64,000 nucleotides of DNA from an uncultured bacterium (GTDB lineage: Bacteria > Zixibacteria > MSB-5A5 > GN15 > FEB-12). How positions within the stretch are numbered: position 1 is the stretch's first letter; each line of letters starts with the position of its first letter. The position numbers and the translations under genes were made by a program. The DNA is taken from contig CBDVDR010000005.1 in NCBI GenBank assembly GCA_965372795.1, forward strand, positions 64,001-128,000. The letters run 5' to 3'. Positions 28,285 through 37,870 of the stretch are shown piece after piece. Under the pieces are notes generated by a model. That model made no database searches and had not been told where the DNA came from. It was given only the letters and a program-made list of their open reading frames with translations.

Positions 28285-28905
28285 ATGATCGCAACAAATT
28301 TACAGCCAGGGTTTTCAAACGAAGTATTGGCAACCATGAATGATCCCCGAATTCGCAAGGATGAAGCGGGGTATTTTATTATGTCTTTATCAGAAAATAG
28401 TAAGGTCTATTTCGATGATTATTACAAATTTCTCGATCTGGCTTTCAATCGGGCAAAGACGGAACGTGAATATTTAAACGACAAAATTGCTTCTACAGCA
28501 TCGGATAACCTCGAAATACTGGCATATTACCGAGCTCGTGGGGTAATTGTAGATTTATTAATGAGAACTATTAAACGATTTTATGCTGATGCCACCAATT
28601 TTGGGATTGTAATGACCCCTTGGTGTTTTGGAACCGTTGTTTTAGAGAAGATAGAGGTTTACCGGGACCGAATCAGCAGAGGCGATGTTCAAGACCCTAA
28701 TGTTGTTGATTATCCTTATTATGTAGTAAAATATATAGATGAAATATATAAAATCACTCTCTTAGAGATGTTTGATTTTCCTGAAAATGCATTTCAGATG
28801 CGCTGGCAGTATTCAGAGCTTCTGAAAAAATATTCAAAAATTCTCACTAATATAACCGGATCTTTGAATTCGGTACTTTCCATGATAAAAAATTATGAAA
28901 AGTAA
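28285..28905 (+). CDS. Hypothetical all-helical cytoplasmic protein
   Basis: 206-aa ORF with AAGGAG RBS, own promoter and terminator. Confidence 0.8.
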   Translation: MIATNLQPGFSNEVLATMNDPRIRKDEAGYFIMSLSENSKVYFDDYYKFLDLAFNRAKTEREYLNDKIASTASDNLEILAYYRARGVIVDLLMRTIKRFYADATNFGIVMTPWCFGTVVLEKIEVYRDRISRGDVQDPNVVDYPYYVVKYIDEIYKITLLEMFDFPENAFQMRWQYSELLKKYSKILTNITGSLNSVLSMIKNYEK

Positions 28906-28928
28906 CTTTCGATTGCTCTAAGCCCTCC

Positions 28929-28960
28929 AACCCCTGTCAATTGGCAGGGGTTATTTTTTT
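28929..28960 (+). terminator. Intrinsic terminator
   Basis: AACCCCTGTCA-AT-TGGCAGGGGTT followed by ATTTTTTT. Confidence 0.85.
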
Positions 28961-29054
28961 AACTATTTTCAAATAATTACCGATAATATTCACTAAATAA
29001 CCGGGTTTATAGAAATACGGCGTTTGAACTATTAATAAATTTTAATGCAAATTT

Positions 29055-30032
29055 ATGACTTCTACAGCAATAAAAAAAAGAACTGAAGAAAAATATATAG
29101 CAATATTGTTAGATTCTATCAGGGTCGATTCGATCCTTGATTTTGATCTTTACATAAGTATTGATAACAATCTGGTTTTATATCGATCTGCTGATTTACC
29201 CTTTACTGAAAAAACCCGTTTAAAACTTATGGAGAATAAAGTTGAACGACTTTATATAGAAACGGTAAACAAAAAGAAATATCAGCTCTATATTGAAAAG
29301 AATCTAAATATAATCTTACATGATCCCACAATTCAGGAAGTAAAAAAAGCCGGGATTCTTTATGACACCTCAACCGCTCTAGTAAAAGATATTTTAGAAA
29401 AACCGACCAACAGCGAAAATATTGATCGTTCCAAAGAATTAGTTGGCAATACCGTAGGCTATATCCTTCAAGGAAGAGAAGCCTTTTTAAACCTATTAAC
29501 GATTACTTCTTTTGATTATTACACCTATACTCATTCGGTCAATGTCTGTACTTTTTCAATTGCCCTGGCTCAACAACTGGGTTTTACAGATGATCAATTC
29601 TTACACGAATTAGGAGTCGGAGCGCTTCTTCATGATGTGGGTAAATCAAAAGTCTCCGAACGAATTTTGAATAAACGCACTTCATTGAATCAAATAGAAT
29701 TTGAAATAATGAAAAAGCATCCCAAGTGGGGTATCGACATTCTAACTGAAACCGATATGATTGCTGCCTCATCCTACTATCCAGTACTTCAGCATCATGA
29801 ACGGGGTGACCGTACCGGTTATCCAAGCGGACTAAAACTTGATGAGATGCATATCTATTCAAAGATAGTTGCTGTCTGCGATACATTTGATGCGATGACC
29901 TCGGAGCGGGTTTATCAAAAAGCAATGGACTCTTACCCAGCTCTTAAAGTAATGATGACTCAAAGCTCCTGCTTTGATGATAAAATCCTTCAAGCTTTTA
30001 TTGCTCTAATGGGACCGGGCGGTCTGAAATAG
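29055..30032 (+). CDS. HD-GYP domain cyclic-dinucleotide phosphodiesterase
   Basis: YTYTHSVNV, LLHDVGK, KKHP, QHHER..GYP, AVCDTFDAMTS.R.Y. Confidence 0.93.
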   Translation: MTSTAIKKRTEEKYIAILLDSIRVDSILDFDLYISIDNNLVLYRSADLPFTEKTRLKLMENKVERLYIETVNKKKYQLYIEKNLNIILHDPTIQEVKKAGILYDTSTALVKDILEKPTNSENIDRSKELVGNTVGYILQGREAFLNLLTITSFDYYTYTHSVNVCTFSIALAQQLGFTDDQFLHELGVGALLHDVGKSKVSERILNKRTSLNQIEFEIMKKHPKWGIDILTETDMIAASSYYPVLQHHERGDRTGYPSGLKLDEMHIYSKIVAVCDTFDAMTSERVYQKAMDSYPALKVMMTQSSCFDDKILQAFIALMGPGGLK

Positions 30033-30132
30033 ACAAACAAATATTTCTTATACTTTATCTTTCTTTTTCTCTAAATTTATCATAATAATAGATAAATATT
30101 AATCTTATATTTAAAAAATAATGGAGTATTAT

Positions 30133-30519
30133 ATGAAAACCGTTATAAACACCGATAAAGCCCCATCTGCAATAGGTCCGTATTCCCAGGCAATCAAAGT
30201 AAAACCAAACGAAATGATGTTTATCTCAGGACAGATCCCACTTGATCCTGAAACAATGGAGATTGTTGGTAATTCTGCCTCGCAACAATGTAAACAGGTG
30301 ATGGATAATTTATCGCAGATCCTCAAAGCGGGTGGTGCCGAGTTTTCAAATATTGTAAAAACAACTATCTACTTAAGTAATATGAATGATTTTGGACCTG
30401 TAAACGAAATGTACGCAACTTACTTTGATTCCAATCCACCTGCCCGTGCAACGGTTGAAGTTAGCAGACTTCCAAAAGATGTCAAAGTAGAGATTGATGC
30501 TATTGTAGTTTTTAAATAG
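30133..30519 (+). CDS. ridA: RidA / YjgF family reactive intermediate deaminase
   Basis: APSAIGPYSQA, SGQIP, VKTTIYL, N..Y..YF…PARATVEV..LP….VEID. Confidence 0.95.
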   Translation: MKTVINTDKAPSAIGPYSQAIKVKPNEMMFISGQIPLDPETMEIVGNSASQQCKQVMDNLSQILKAGGAEFSNIVKTTIYLSNMNDFGPVNEMYATYFDSNPPARATVEVSRLPKDVKVEIDAIVVFK

Positions 30520-30636
30520 TTTTTTAAGTTATACTATATTCCATTATTTTGTTGCAATGACATAGCTTTGAATTTATTATAAAAAACATAGATAAATCAA
30601 ATATATTATATCTTATATTTATTAATTGGAGGAACA

Positions 30637-31089
30637 ATGAGCAAACAAAAACCCAATCGACGAGGGTTTTTGGAAATTATCCTTGGGGGTGGCGCTTTAG
30701 CTACTCTTGGAGCTATATTTTACCCAATCGGAAAATACCTCGTTCCACCCAAAACTGCTGAAGCAAATTTATCTCAATTGAAATTGGATTTCACCAGAGA
30801 TGATATTAATGCAGATGAGAAAAAAGCCAAGTACTTTAAGTATGGCAGAGATCTCGGGATAATTTTCTTAACTGGTTCAAATGAATTAAAAGCACTGGCT
30901 GCAACCTGCACCCATCTCGATTGCACGGTCCAACATCGTCCGGATCTCGGAATCATTTGGTGTTCATGTCATAATGGAAGGTATAGCAATGATGGTTTAA
31001 ATGTTTCCGGTCCACCTCCAAAACCGCTTGCCAAATATGTTGTAAAAGAGGAAAATAATGAAATATTCGTCAGCAAGGAGGATAGCTGA
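30637..31089 (+). CDS. Rieske iron-sulfur subunit of a bc-type complex
   Basis: Tat-like NRRGFL plus TM; CTHLDC and CSCHNGRY ligands; GPPPKPL. Confidence 0.93.
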   Translation: MSKQKPNRRGFLEIILGGGALATLGAIFYPIGKYLVPPKTAEANLSQLKLDFTRDDINADEKKAKYFKYGRDLGIIFLTGSNELKALAATCTHLDCTVQHRPDLGIIWCSCHNGRYSNDGLNVSGPPPKPLAKYVVKEENNEIFVSKEDS

Positions 31090-32207
31090 TGGATAATCAA
31101 AAGAAATTATTACCGGACTCAAAGTCTTTTAAGTGGCTTGATGATCGTTTTAAAATAAACGCCTTAGTTGAATATATGGGAGACAAAGTTGTTCCCGTAC
31201 ATGGTCACTCGGCTTTTTACTATTTTGGCGGCATCTCTCTATTTTTATTTATTGTACAAGTCATCTCGGGAATTTTACTACTGATGTATTACCGTCCCGG
31301 AGCTGATTCGGCTTACGAATCGGTCCAGTTTTTAATTACAAATGTATCATTTGGCTGGTTGATACGGGCAGTGCACGCATGGTCGGCAAACCTGATGGTA
31401 CTGGCGGTATTTATACATATGTTTTCGGTATATTTTACTTCGGCATATCGAAAACCACGCGAAATGACCTGGTTGTCCGGAATGGTCTTATTTGCTCTTT
31501 CGTTAGCCTTTGGCTTTTCAGGATATCTACTTCCCTGGAACGAACTTGCGTTTTTTGCAACCAGAGTCGGAACCGGAATGGTAGGAGCAGTTCCTATTAT
31601 AGGAGAACAACTACTAATTGTCGCCCGTGGTGGAGAAGAAGTTACCGGTGCTACAATTGGAAGATTTTTTGGGCTTCATGTTGCTATTTTACCGGGGATT
31701 TTTACAGTTATGCTTTCTGCTCATTTGGTATTCATTCAACGACAAGGCATGAGTGAACCTCTTGAATGGGCCAACAAACCTCAGGAACAGAAAAAATACC
31801 AGAAATTTTTCCCTAACTTTCTATTGAAAGATCTTCTGGTTTGGTTAATAGTTCTTAATGTATTAGTTATTTTAGCGGTTTTATTCCCTGATGGCATTGG
31901 TGTAATTCACTGGCCTCTGGGTGAAAAGGCAGATGCATTTGCTCCTCCTCCGGCAGTTATTCGACCGGAATGGTATTTCATGTTTGCATTTCAGGCTTTG
32001 AAAATGATTCCGGCACATGTCCTCTTTATGGAGGGAGAATTGTTCGGTATTATTGCGTTTTCAATAGGTGGATTAATTTGGGCAATAGTGCCTTTTATAA
32101 ATAAAAAATCAAAGACAGATCAAGATTCTAAACTGTATCAATATTTTGGATATTTTGTTCTTCTGTTTATAATTGGAATGACCATTTATGGTTATTTGGT
32201 AGAATAG
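31089..32207 (+). CDS. Cytochrome b (b6 + subunit IV fused) of a bc-type complex
   Basis: SGILL.MYY, GWLIR..H.WSA…H, GYLLPW, RFF.LH…H, PEWYF. Confidence 0.95.
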   Translation: MDNQKKLLPDSKSFKWLDDRFKINALVEYMGDKVVPVHGHSAFYYFGGISLFLFIVQVISGILLLMYYRPGADSAYESVQFLITNVSFGWLIRAVHAWSANLMVLAVFIHMFSVYFTSAYRKPREMTWLSGMVLFALSLAFGFSGYLLPWNELAFFATRVGTGMVGAVPIIGEQLLIVARGGEEVTGATIGRFFGLHVAILPGIFTVMLSAHLVFIQRQGMSEPLEWANKPQEQKKYQKFFPNFLLKDLLVWLIVLNVLVILAVLFPDGIGVIHWPLGEKADAFAPPPAVIRPEWYFMFAFQALKMIPAHVLFMEGELFGIIAFSIGGLIWAIVPFINKKSKTDQDSKLYQYFGYFVLLFIIGMTIYGYLVE

Positions 32208-32216
32208 GAGTCAGTC

Positions 32217-33455
32217 ATGGTAAAATTAAGTACAACTTTATTACTATGTTTAATAATACTTTTGGGTATTTCCGGGCTGGCATTTGCATCTGAGAATAAT
32301 TGCATGACCTGCCATCAGGATTTTGAAGATGACGACGGTCCAGCTCATAAGATTTCATCTGATATTCATTACGTGAATGGATTAGGATGTGTTGATTGTC
32401 ATGGAGGTGATCCCTCTTTAGATGATATGGATGATGTTCGTGACAGTAAGGGCTACCGAGGTGTTCCTGATTTTAAGGAAGTCCCTGGTTTTTGTGCAAG
32501 TTGCCATAGCGATGCAGCTTATATGCATGAACACAATCCTGCACTTCCAACCGATCAGCTTTTAAAATATAAAACCTCAACTCATGGGAAACAATTATTT
32601 GGCAAAGGAGATACCAATGTTGCCAATTGTATTTCCTGTCATACCGTTCATGAAATCGGGGATGCAAATATGCCCCATTCATCTACTTACGCACAGAATA
32701 TTCCGGCGACCTGCGGAAAATGTCACAGCGATTCCGAACATATGGCTCCCTACAATATTTCTGCGACTCAGGTTGATGATTATAAAAAATCAGTTCATGG
32801 AATTGCATTACTTGAAAAAAATGATTTAGGCGCTCCGGTTTGTAATGATTGCCATGGCAATCATGGTGCCGCACCTCCGGGAATAGGATCAGTAGCAGAT
32901 GTATGTGGAAACTGCCATGCTCTTGAAGCTGAATTATTTAATGATTCACCTCATAAAGAGGCTTTTTCTGATAATGAAATTCCAATGTGCGAAGTCTGTC
33001 ATTCTAATCATTTTATTGAAAAACCAAATGATGCCATGATTGGTATTGAAGAACCGGCGCTTTGTGTAAATTGCCATTCTGCAGATGACGGTACCAAAGG
33101 GTTTGAAACCGCAAAAGGTATGTCGGAATCAATAAATAAGCTGGTTAATGCCCATAATGAGGCAAAATTGGTACTCGATGAAGCGATTGAAAAAGGGATG
33201 ATGACAACCGATGAAGAGTTTCGATTAAAAGAAGTTGGGCAGATTTTGATTCAAACCCGTGCTTCTATCCACTCATATGATCTCAATACTGTATTGCCAA
33301 AAGCTGAAGAAGGTATGAAAAGAGCAGATACAGTTAAAAATAACTCTGCTGCGTTAATTGATGAGTATTATTTCCGCCGTAAAGGCTTGGGCTTTGCGAC
33401 CCTGTTTATAACAGTTGTCTGCATAGCCTTATATATGAGAATTCGACGACTCTAA
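32217..33455 (+). CDS. Membrane-anchored multiheme cytochrome c (9 CxxCH)
   Basis: Signal peptide; CMTCH, CVDCH, CASCH, CISCH, CGKCH, CNDCH, CGNCH, CEVCH, CVNCH; helical region and C-terminal TM. Confidence 0.93.
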   Translation: MVKLSTTLLLCLIILLGISGLAFASENNCMTCHQDFEDDDGPAHKISSDIHYVNGLGCVDCHGGDPSLDDMDDVRDSKGYRGVPDFKEVPGFCASCHSDAAYMHEHNPALPTDQLLKYKTSTHGKQLFGKGDTNVANCISCHTVHEIGDANMPHSSTYAQNIPATCGKCHSDSEHMAPYNISATQVDDYKKSVHGIALLEKNDLGAPVCNDCHGNHGAAPPGIGSVADVCGNCHALEAELFNDSPHKEAFSDNEIPMCEVCHSNHFIEKPNDAMIGIEEPALCVNCHSADDGTKGFETAKGMSESINKLVNAHNEAKLVLDEAIEKGMMTTDEEFRLKEVGQILIQTRASIHSYDLNTVLPKAEEGMKRADTVKNNSAALIDEYYFRRKGLGFATLFITVVCIALYMRIRRL

Positions 33456-33482
33456 AATAGATTTAGTATCAGATACATGTAA

Positions 33483-33527
33483 ATGAGCAGGTCTAAATGA
33501 AAACCTATATCATTCAGACCTGTTCAT
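33483..33527 (+). terminator. Long stem-loop after the bc/multiheme operon
   Basis: ATGAGCAGGTCTAAATGA…TCATTCAGACCTGTTCAT 18-bp stem (one G-U, one mismatch); weak U tract. Confidence 0.55.
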
Positions 33528-33635
33528 CTTCAAAAATTAATTCACACAAATTAGTATAGAATCCTTTTATATCCTTTTTCTTAAAACAATTTTGTCATAG
33601 TAAGAAAAACGTTTTAAAAATACATATAAAAGAGC

Positions 33636-33663
33636 TTGACTATAAATGAAAAGGCAATAACTT
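33636..33663 (+). promoter_or_regulatory. Putative sigma-70 promoter of the nuo operon
   Basis: TTGACT-N16-TAACTT. Confidence 0.5.
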
Positions 33664-33673
33664 ATCCAAAAAA

Positions 33674-33691
33674 TTGTGAATTCCGTCACAT
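33674..33691. promoter_or_regulatory. Rex-like (or CRP/FNR-family) operator upstream of nuoA
   Basis: TTGTGAATTCCGTCACAT, i.e. TGTGA-N6-TCACA, just downstream of the putative -10. Confidence 0.65.
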
Positions 33692-33722
33692 AGTCGGGAA
33701 GTGTCCCGCACAGGAGAAGTAA

Positions 33723-34076
33723 ATGTCAGCCTACTTGGCGATCCCAATGTTCATCGTTGCCGGGACGGCGATTGTTTTAATCACTTTCAGCATCGCCCGG
33801 TTACTTAGACCATCAAATCCATATAGGGAAAAAAATATAAACTATGAATGTGCCGAAGAACCAATCGGAGATTCATGGATTAAATTTAATCCTCGCTTTT
33901 ACGTCTTCGCATTAATTTTTGTAATTTTTGATGTCGAAGTAGTATTCTTATTTCCCTGGGCAGTAGCTTTTGGAAAGCTTGGTTTGTTTGCCCTGGTTGA
34001 GATGGTAATTTTTATCCTTATTCTTTTCTTTGGTTTATTCTATGCCTGGAAAAAAGGAGCATTAAAATGGGTATAA
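33723..34076 (+). CDS. nuoA: NADH-quinone oxidoreductase subunit A
   Basis: [35 protein letters not shown]. Confidence 0.97.
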   Translation: MSAYLAIPMFIVAGTAIVLITFSIARLLRPSNPYREKNINYECAEEPIGDSWIKFNPRFYVFALIFVIFDVEVVFLFPWAVAFGKLGLFALVEMVIFILILFFGLFYAWKKGALKWV

Positions 34077-34579
34077 TTAAAAAACTACCTGTATACACAG
34101 AAAAAATTCCCGGTGGAGGAATAGTTGTTACTTCATTAGAAGCTGTTCTCAATCAGGCACGTGCAAAATCATTGTGGTATCTTTTATTTGGAACCGCATG
34201 TTGTGCTATAGAGCTGATGTGCACCGGCGCCTCAAGATACGATTTTGACCGGTTAGGAATGATTTTCCGAGCCACTCCCCGTCAGGCTGATTTAATTATT
34301 GCCGCCGGAACTATTACTAAAAAGATGGCACCGCGTTTAAGACGTTTGTATGATCAAATGTCTGAGCCGCGCTATGTTATTGCTATGGGTGGATGTACCA
34401 TCAAAGGCGGACCTTTTTACTACGACAGTTACGCTGTAGAAAAAGGAATAGATCATATTATCCCGGTTGATATTCATATCCCCGGCTGCCCTCCTCGTCC
34501 TGAATCTCTGCTTGAAGGATGTATCCATTTGCAGGAGAAGATTAAAAAAGAGAAACTTTCAGATTGGCAGGAAAAATAG
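34067..34579 (+). CDS. nuoB: NADH-quinone oxidoreductase subunit B
   Basis: [38 protein letters not shown]. Confidence 0.97.
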   Translation: MGIIKKLPVYTEKIPGGGIVVTSLEAVLNQARAKSLWYLLFGTACCAIELMCTGASRYDFDRLGMIFRATPRQADLIIAAGTITKKMAPRLRRLYDQMSEPRYVIAMGGCTIKGGPFYYDSYAVEKGIDHIIPVDIHIPGCPPRPESLLEGCIHLQEKIKKEKLSDWQEK

Positions 34580-34580
34580 A

Positions 34581-35051
34581 ATGACCAAAGAAAATCTGAA
34601 AGAATATATCGATAAAAATTATCAGGAGAAGCTAACTTTCCTTGATACCGGTAGGTACGATTTAATGTATGAAGTCAAAGCTTCTGATTTGGTCGAACTT
34701 TGCAAGTCGCTACGGGATGATGAAAGTTTGAAATTTGATTTCTTCTGTAATCTTGGCGGCGTTGATACCGGTGAAAGTTTTGAAGCTGTTTATAGCATTG
34801 CTTCCACTATTAATAAAACACGTCTTGATTTTAAAATATTTCTTCCATATGAAAATGCTGCGATTGACTCGGTACAGGAAATCTGGCCGGCTGCCAACTG
34901 GTACGAACGTGAGATATGGGAGCTGTATGGAATCAATGTTAACAATCATGATAATCTAACCAGATTCTTACTTCCTGATGACTGGGATCAGGGTCATCCA
35001 ATGCGTAAGGATTGGGATGCTCCCGATTTTATCAGAATGCCGGAGTTATAA
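34581..35051 (+). CDS. nuoC: NADH-quinone oxidoreductase subunit C
   Basis: WPAANWYEREIWELYGI…H..L.R.LLP..W..GHPMRKD; ATG at 34581 follows the nuoB stop. Confidence 0.95.
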   Translation: MTKENLKEYIDKNYQEKLTFLDTGRYDLMYEVKASDLVELCKSLRDDESLKFDFFCNLGGVDTGESFEAVYSIASTINKTRLDFKIFLPYENAAIDSVQEIWPAANWYEREIWELYGINVNNHDNLTRFLLPDDWDQGHPMRKDWDAPDFIRMPEL

Positions 35052-35054
35052 ACG

Positions 35055-36158
35055 ATGGGTGAATTAAAGACTGACGAATTTGTTGTAAACATGGGCCCCC
35101 ATCATCCTTCGACTCACGGAGTATGTCGTCTTGTGTTAACAATGAGCGGTGAAAAGGTAGTCAAGATCGAACCGGTCATTGGTTATCTTCACCGGGCACT
35201 TGAAAAAATCTGCGAAAACCGCACTTATGCTATGTGTATTCCGATTATGGATCGGTTTGAGTATGTGACAGCGATGTCATGCAATCAGGTTTTTTCAATG
35301 GCAGCCGAACGGCTTGCAGAAATTGAAGTCCCTGAACGGGCTGAATATATTCGAATTATTATGCTCGAATTGAATCGTGTCGCTTCTCACTTAATTTTTT
35401 ATGGTGTAACAGCGATGGATATCGGGGCGTTGACTCCGTTCCTTTATGGTTTACGGGAACGGGAAATGATTATTGACCTGTTTGAGATGACTTGCGGACA
35501 AAGACTGACTTACAATTACATTCGTGTTGGCGGAGTTGCAAAAGACCTCCCCAAAGAATTTATTCCGCAATGTCGTCATACTATTAAAACAATCAGGGAA
35601 AAACTTAAAGACTATGAAGGTCTTCTCAATGAAAACCCGATCTGGCTGGTACGCAACAAAGGTATCGGACATCTCTCAGCTGAGATGGGAATCGCTTATG
35701 GCGTATCGGGACCGGTTTTGAGAGCTTCTGGGGTTGAGTATGATTTGCGAAAACATGATCCTTACTCAATCTATGATAGATTTGATTTTAAAATATCAAC
35801 CCGTCCTAACGGTGATTGTTATGACCGGTATTTGCTTCGGCTTGATGAGATTAAACAATCTCTCAATATAGTTGAACAGGCACTTGACGGACTTCCAGAA
35901 GGACCGATCAAAGCCAAAGTATCACCAAACTTTAAACCACCGGCAGGTGAAGTTTATGCACGCGTTGAAAATTCGCGTGGAGAACTAGGAGTTTACATTC
36001 AATCTGACGGCAGTAAGAAACCGATGAGAGTTAAGATGCGTGGCGGTTCATTCAACCAGCTTCAAGTAATTCCTTTTATTGGTACTGATTGTCTTATTGC
36101 TGATCTGGTTGCAATTTTTGCATCACTTGATATCATTTTGCCGGAGGTGGATAGATGA
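35055..36158 (+). CDS. nuoD: NADH-quinone oxidoreductase subunit D
   Basis: NMGPHHPSTHGVCRL, IGYLHR..EK, GPVLRASG, GDCYDRY, E..RGELG, D….EVDR; no NiFe CxxC motifs. Confidence 0.97.
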   Translation: MGELKTDEFVVNMGPHHPSTHGVCRLVLTMSGEKVVKIEPVIGYLHRALEKICENRTYAMCIPIMDRFEYVTAMSCNQVFSMAAERLAEIEVPERAEYIRIIMLELNRVASHLIFYGVTAMDIGALTPFLYGLREREMIIDLFEMTCGQRLTYNYIRVGGVAKDLPKEFIPQCRHTIKTIREKLKDYEGLLNENPIWLVRNKGIGHLSAEMGIAYGVSGPVLRASGVEYDLRKHDPYSIYDRFDFKISTRPNGDCYDRYLLRLDEIKQSLNIVEQALDGLPEGPIKAKVSPNFKPPAGEVYARVENSRGELGVYIQSDGSKKPMRVKMRGGSFNQLQVIPFIGTDCLIADLVAIFASLDIILPEVDR

Positions 36159-37219
36159 CCCCAATTATTGCTGTTGGAGAACTTCACGGCCTCTTTACAT
36201 GGTTATACGAACTTCTTTCCAGCCTTGGAATAGAACAGCCCTGGCTTGATATTATCAGATACGTTGCCCTCGGGGCAATGATGTTTGGTCTTTTGTCTGT
36301 CATCGCTTTATTCCTCGTTTGGTGGGAAAGAAAAATTGCTGCTCATCTTCAGCAACGCTTCGGACCGATGCGTCATGGCTGGCATGGGTGGTATCAGACC
36401 GTCATGGATGCTATCAAACTGCTTCAAAAGGAAGATATTCTGGTTGATTCCCGGGATAAGATGGTCTTTTTCTGGGCTCCGGTTCTTTGTTTTGTAGCTG
36501 CTTTTCTTGCTTATATAACAATGCCTTTCGGAGAGGGATTGATTGTCGCTGATTTAAATATTGGAATTCTTTATATAATCGCAATCACCACTTTTACAGT
36601 TATCTCATTATTAATGGCCGGTTGGGGTTCGAATAACAAGTATGCCCTGCTTGGCGGAATGCGTTCGGCAGCACAGTTAGTGAGTTATGAAATTCCAATG
36701 GTAGTTTCGATTCTGGTAGTTGTACTTTTTGTCGGCTCCCTTTCGATGGTTGATATTGTAAATGCTCAGTCCGGAATGTTTTACAACTGGTTTATCTTCC
36801 GCTTCCCGTTCGGACCAATCGCATTTATAACCTATATAATTGCAGCAACAGCTGAGGCAAACAGAACTCCCTTCGATATTCCCGAAGCAGAGCAGGAACT
36901 GGTTGCCGGATATAATATTGAATACTCCGGAATGAAATTTGCAATGTTTTTTCTGGCTGAATTTATCAACGGTTTCACCGTTTCGGCAATCGCTGTGACT
37001 CTTTTCCTTGGTGGTTGGAACGGACCGTTTCTTCCATCATGGGTTTGGTTTTTAATAAAAACATTAGGGGTTGTCTTTTTACTGATGATGTTCCGCTGGA
37101 CCTATCCTCGTTTAAGAGTCGATCAGCTAATGGAATTTGCATGGAAATTCTTAGTTCCGGTGACTTTCGCAAACTTAATCCTCGGCGCCTGGTTTAAATA
37201 CGCCGGTTGGTACTGGTAA
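36155..37219 (+). CDS. nuoH: NADH-quinone oxidoreductase subunit H
   Basis: ERKIAA..Q.R.GP, DAIKLL.KE, SNNKYALLGGMRS.AQ..SYE, NRTPFD.PEAEQELVAGY, PRLRVDQ. Confidence 0.97.
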   Translation: MTPIIAVGELHGLFTWLYELLSSLGIEQPWLDIIRYVALGAMMFGLLSVIALFLVWWERKIAAHLQQRFGPMRHGWHGWYQTVMDAIKLLQKEDILVDSRDKMVFFWAPVLCFVAAFLAYITMPFGEGLIVADLNIGILYIIAITTFTVISLLMAGWGSNNKYALLGGMRSAAQLVSYEIPMVVSILVVVLFVGSLSMVDIVNAQSGMFYNWFIFRFPFGPIAFITYIIAATAEANRTPFDIPEAEQELVAGYNIEYSGMKFAMFFLAEFINGFTVSAIAVTLFLGGWNGPFLPSWVWFLIKTLGVVFLLMMFRWTYPRLRVDQLMEFAWKFLVPVTFANLILGAWFKYAGWYW

Positions 37220-37234
37220 AGTGAGTATGGCAAA

Positions 37235-37867
37235 ATGAAGCTATTTAAAGATATAAAAAACCTGATTGCGGGACTGGGTATCACCGGGAAACATCTCGGT
37301 CGACATGCTATCACGCTTCAGTACCCTGAAGAAAAATGGACCATGCCCGAACGATCTCGAGGAGTAGTCGTTCTGCTTTCTGACAAAGAGAGCGGCGAAC
37401 TAAATTGCACCGGCTGTCTAATATGTATGAAAGCCTGTCCTTCAGCAGCTATTGAGATAGATGCCCCTCGTGATCCGGAAACCAAAAAAAGAACCTTGTT
37501 GAAATTTACGGTCGACAATGCCCTCTGTTGTTATTGCGGACTTTGTGAAGAAGCCTGTAATTTCAGTGCTATTAAAATGGCAAACAATTACGAAATGTCG
37601 ATGGACAACAAAGATGAATTTGTTTGGGATATGAAGAAGTTGCAGGAAATGGGTATTGACACTCCTTATATAGATACTCGTAAGAAGAAAAAACCAAAAC
37701 CGGAACCTAAACCTGCAGTAGCTGCAAATCCGGGAGAGGCTGTTCCAGAAGCTAAAGCTGATGTGAAGCCTGAGAATAAAACTGAAAATACTTCTGATAT
37801 AAAAGCAGATGATAAAGATAATAACAATGCAGCTGATGCTGCAAATAATAAAGAAAACGAGGGATAG
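37235..37867 (+). CDS. nuoI: NADH-quinone oxidoreductase subunit I with low-complexity C-terminal tail
   Basis: T.QYPEE, CTGCLICMKACP, CCYCGLCEEAC. Confidence 0.95.
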   Translation: MKLFKDIKNLIAGLGITGKHLGRHAITLQYPEEKWTMPERSRGVVVLLSDKESGELNCTGCLICMKACPSAAIEIDAPRDPETKKRTLLKFTVDNALCCYCGLCEEACNFSAIKMANNYEMSMDNKDEFVWDMKKLQEMGIDTPYIDTRKKKKPKPEPKPAVAANPGEAVPEAKADVKPENKTENTSDIKADDKDNNNAADAANNKENEG

Positions 37868-37870
37868 GTA

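Noticed and set aside
34467..34580. N-terminal extension of NuoC in the ORF track
   Set aside because: Overlaps nuoB by over 100 nt; the ATG at 34581 right after the nuoB stop gives a normal NuoC.
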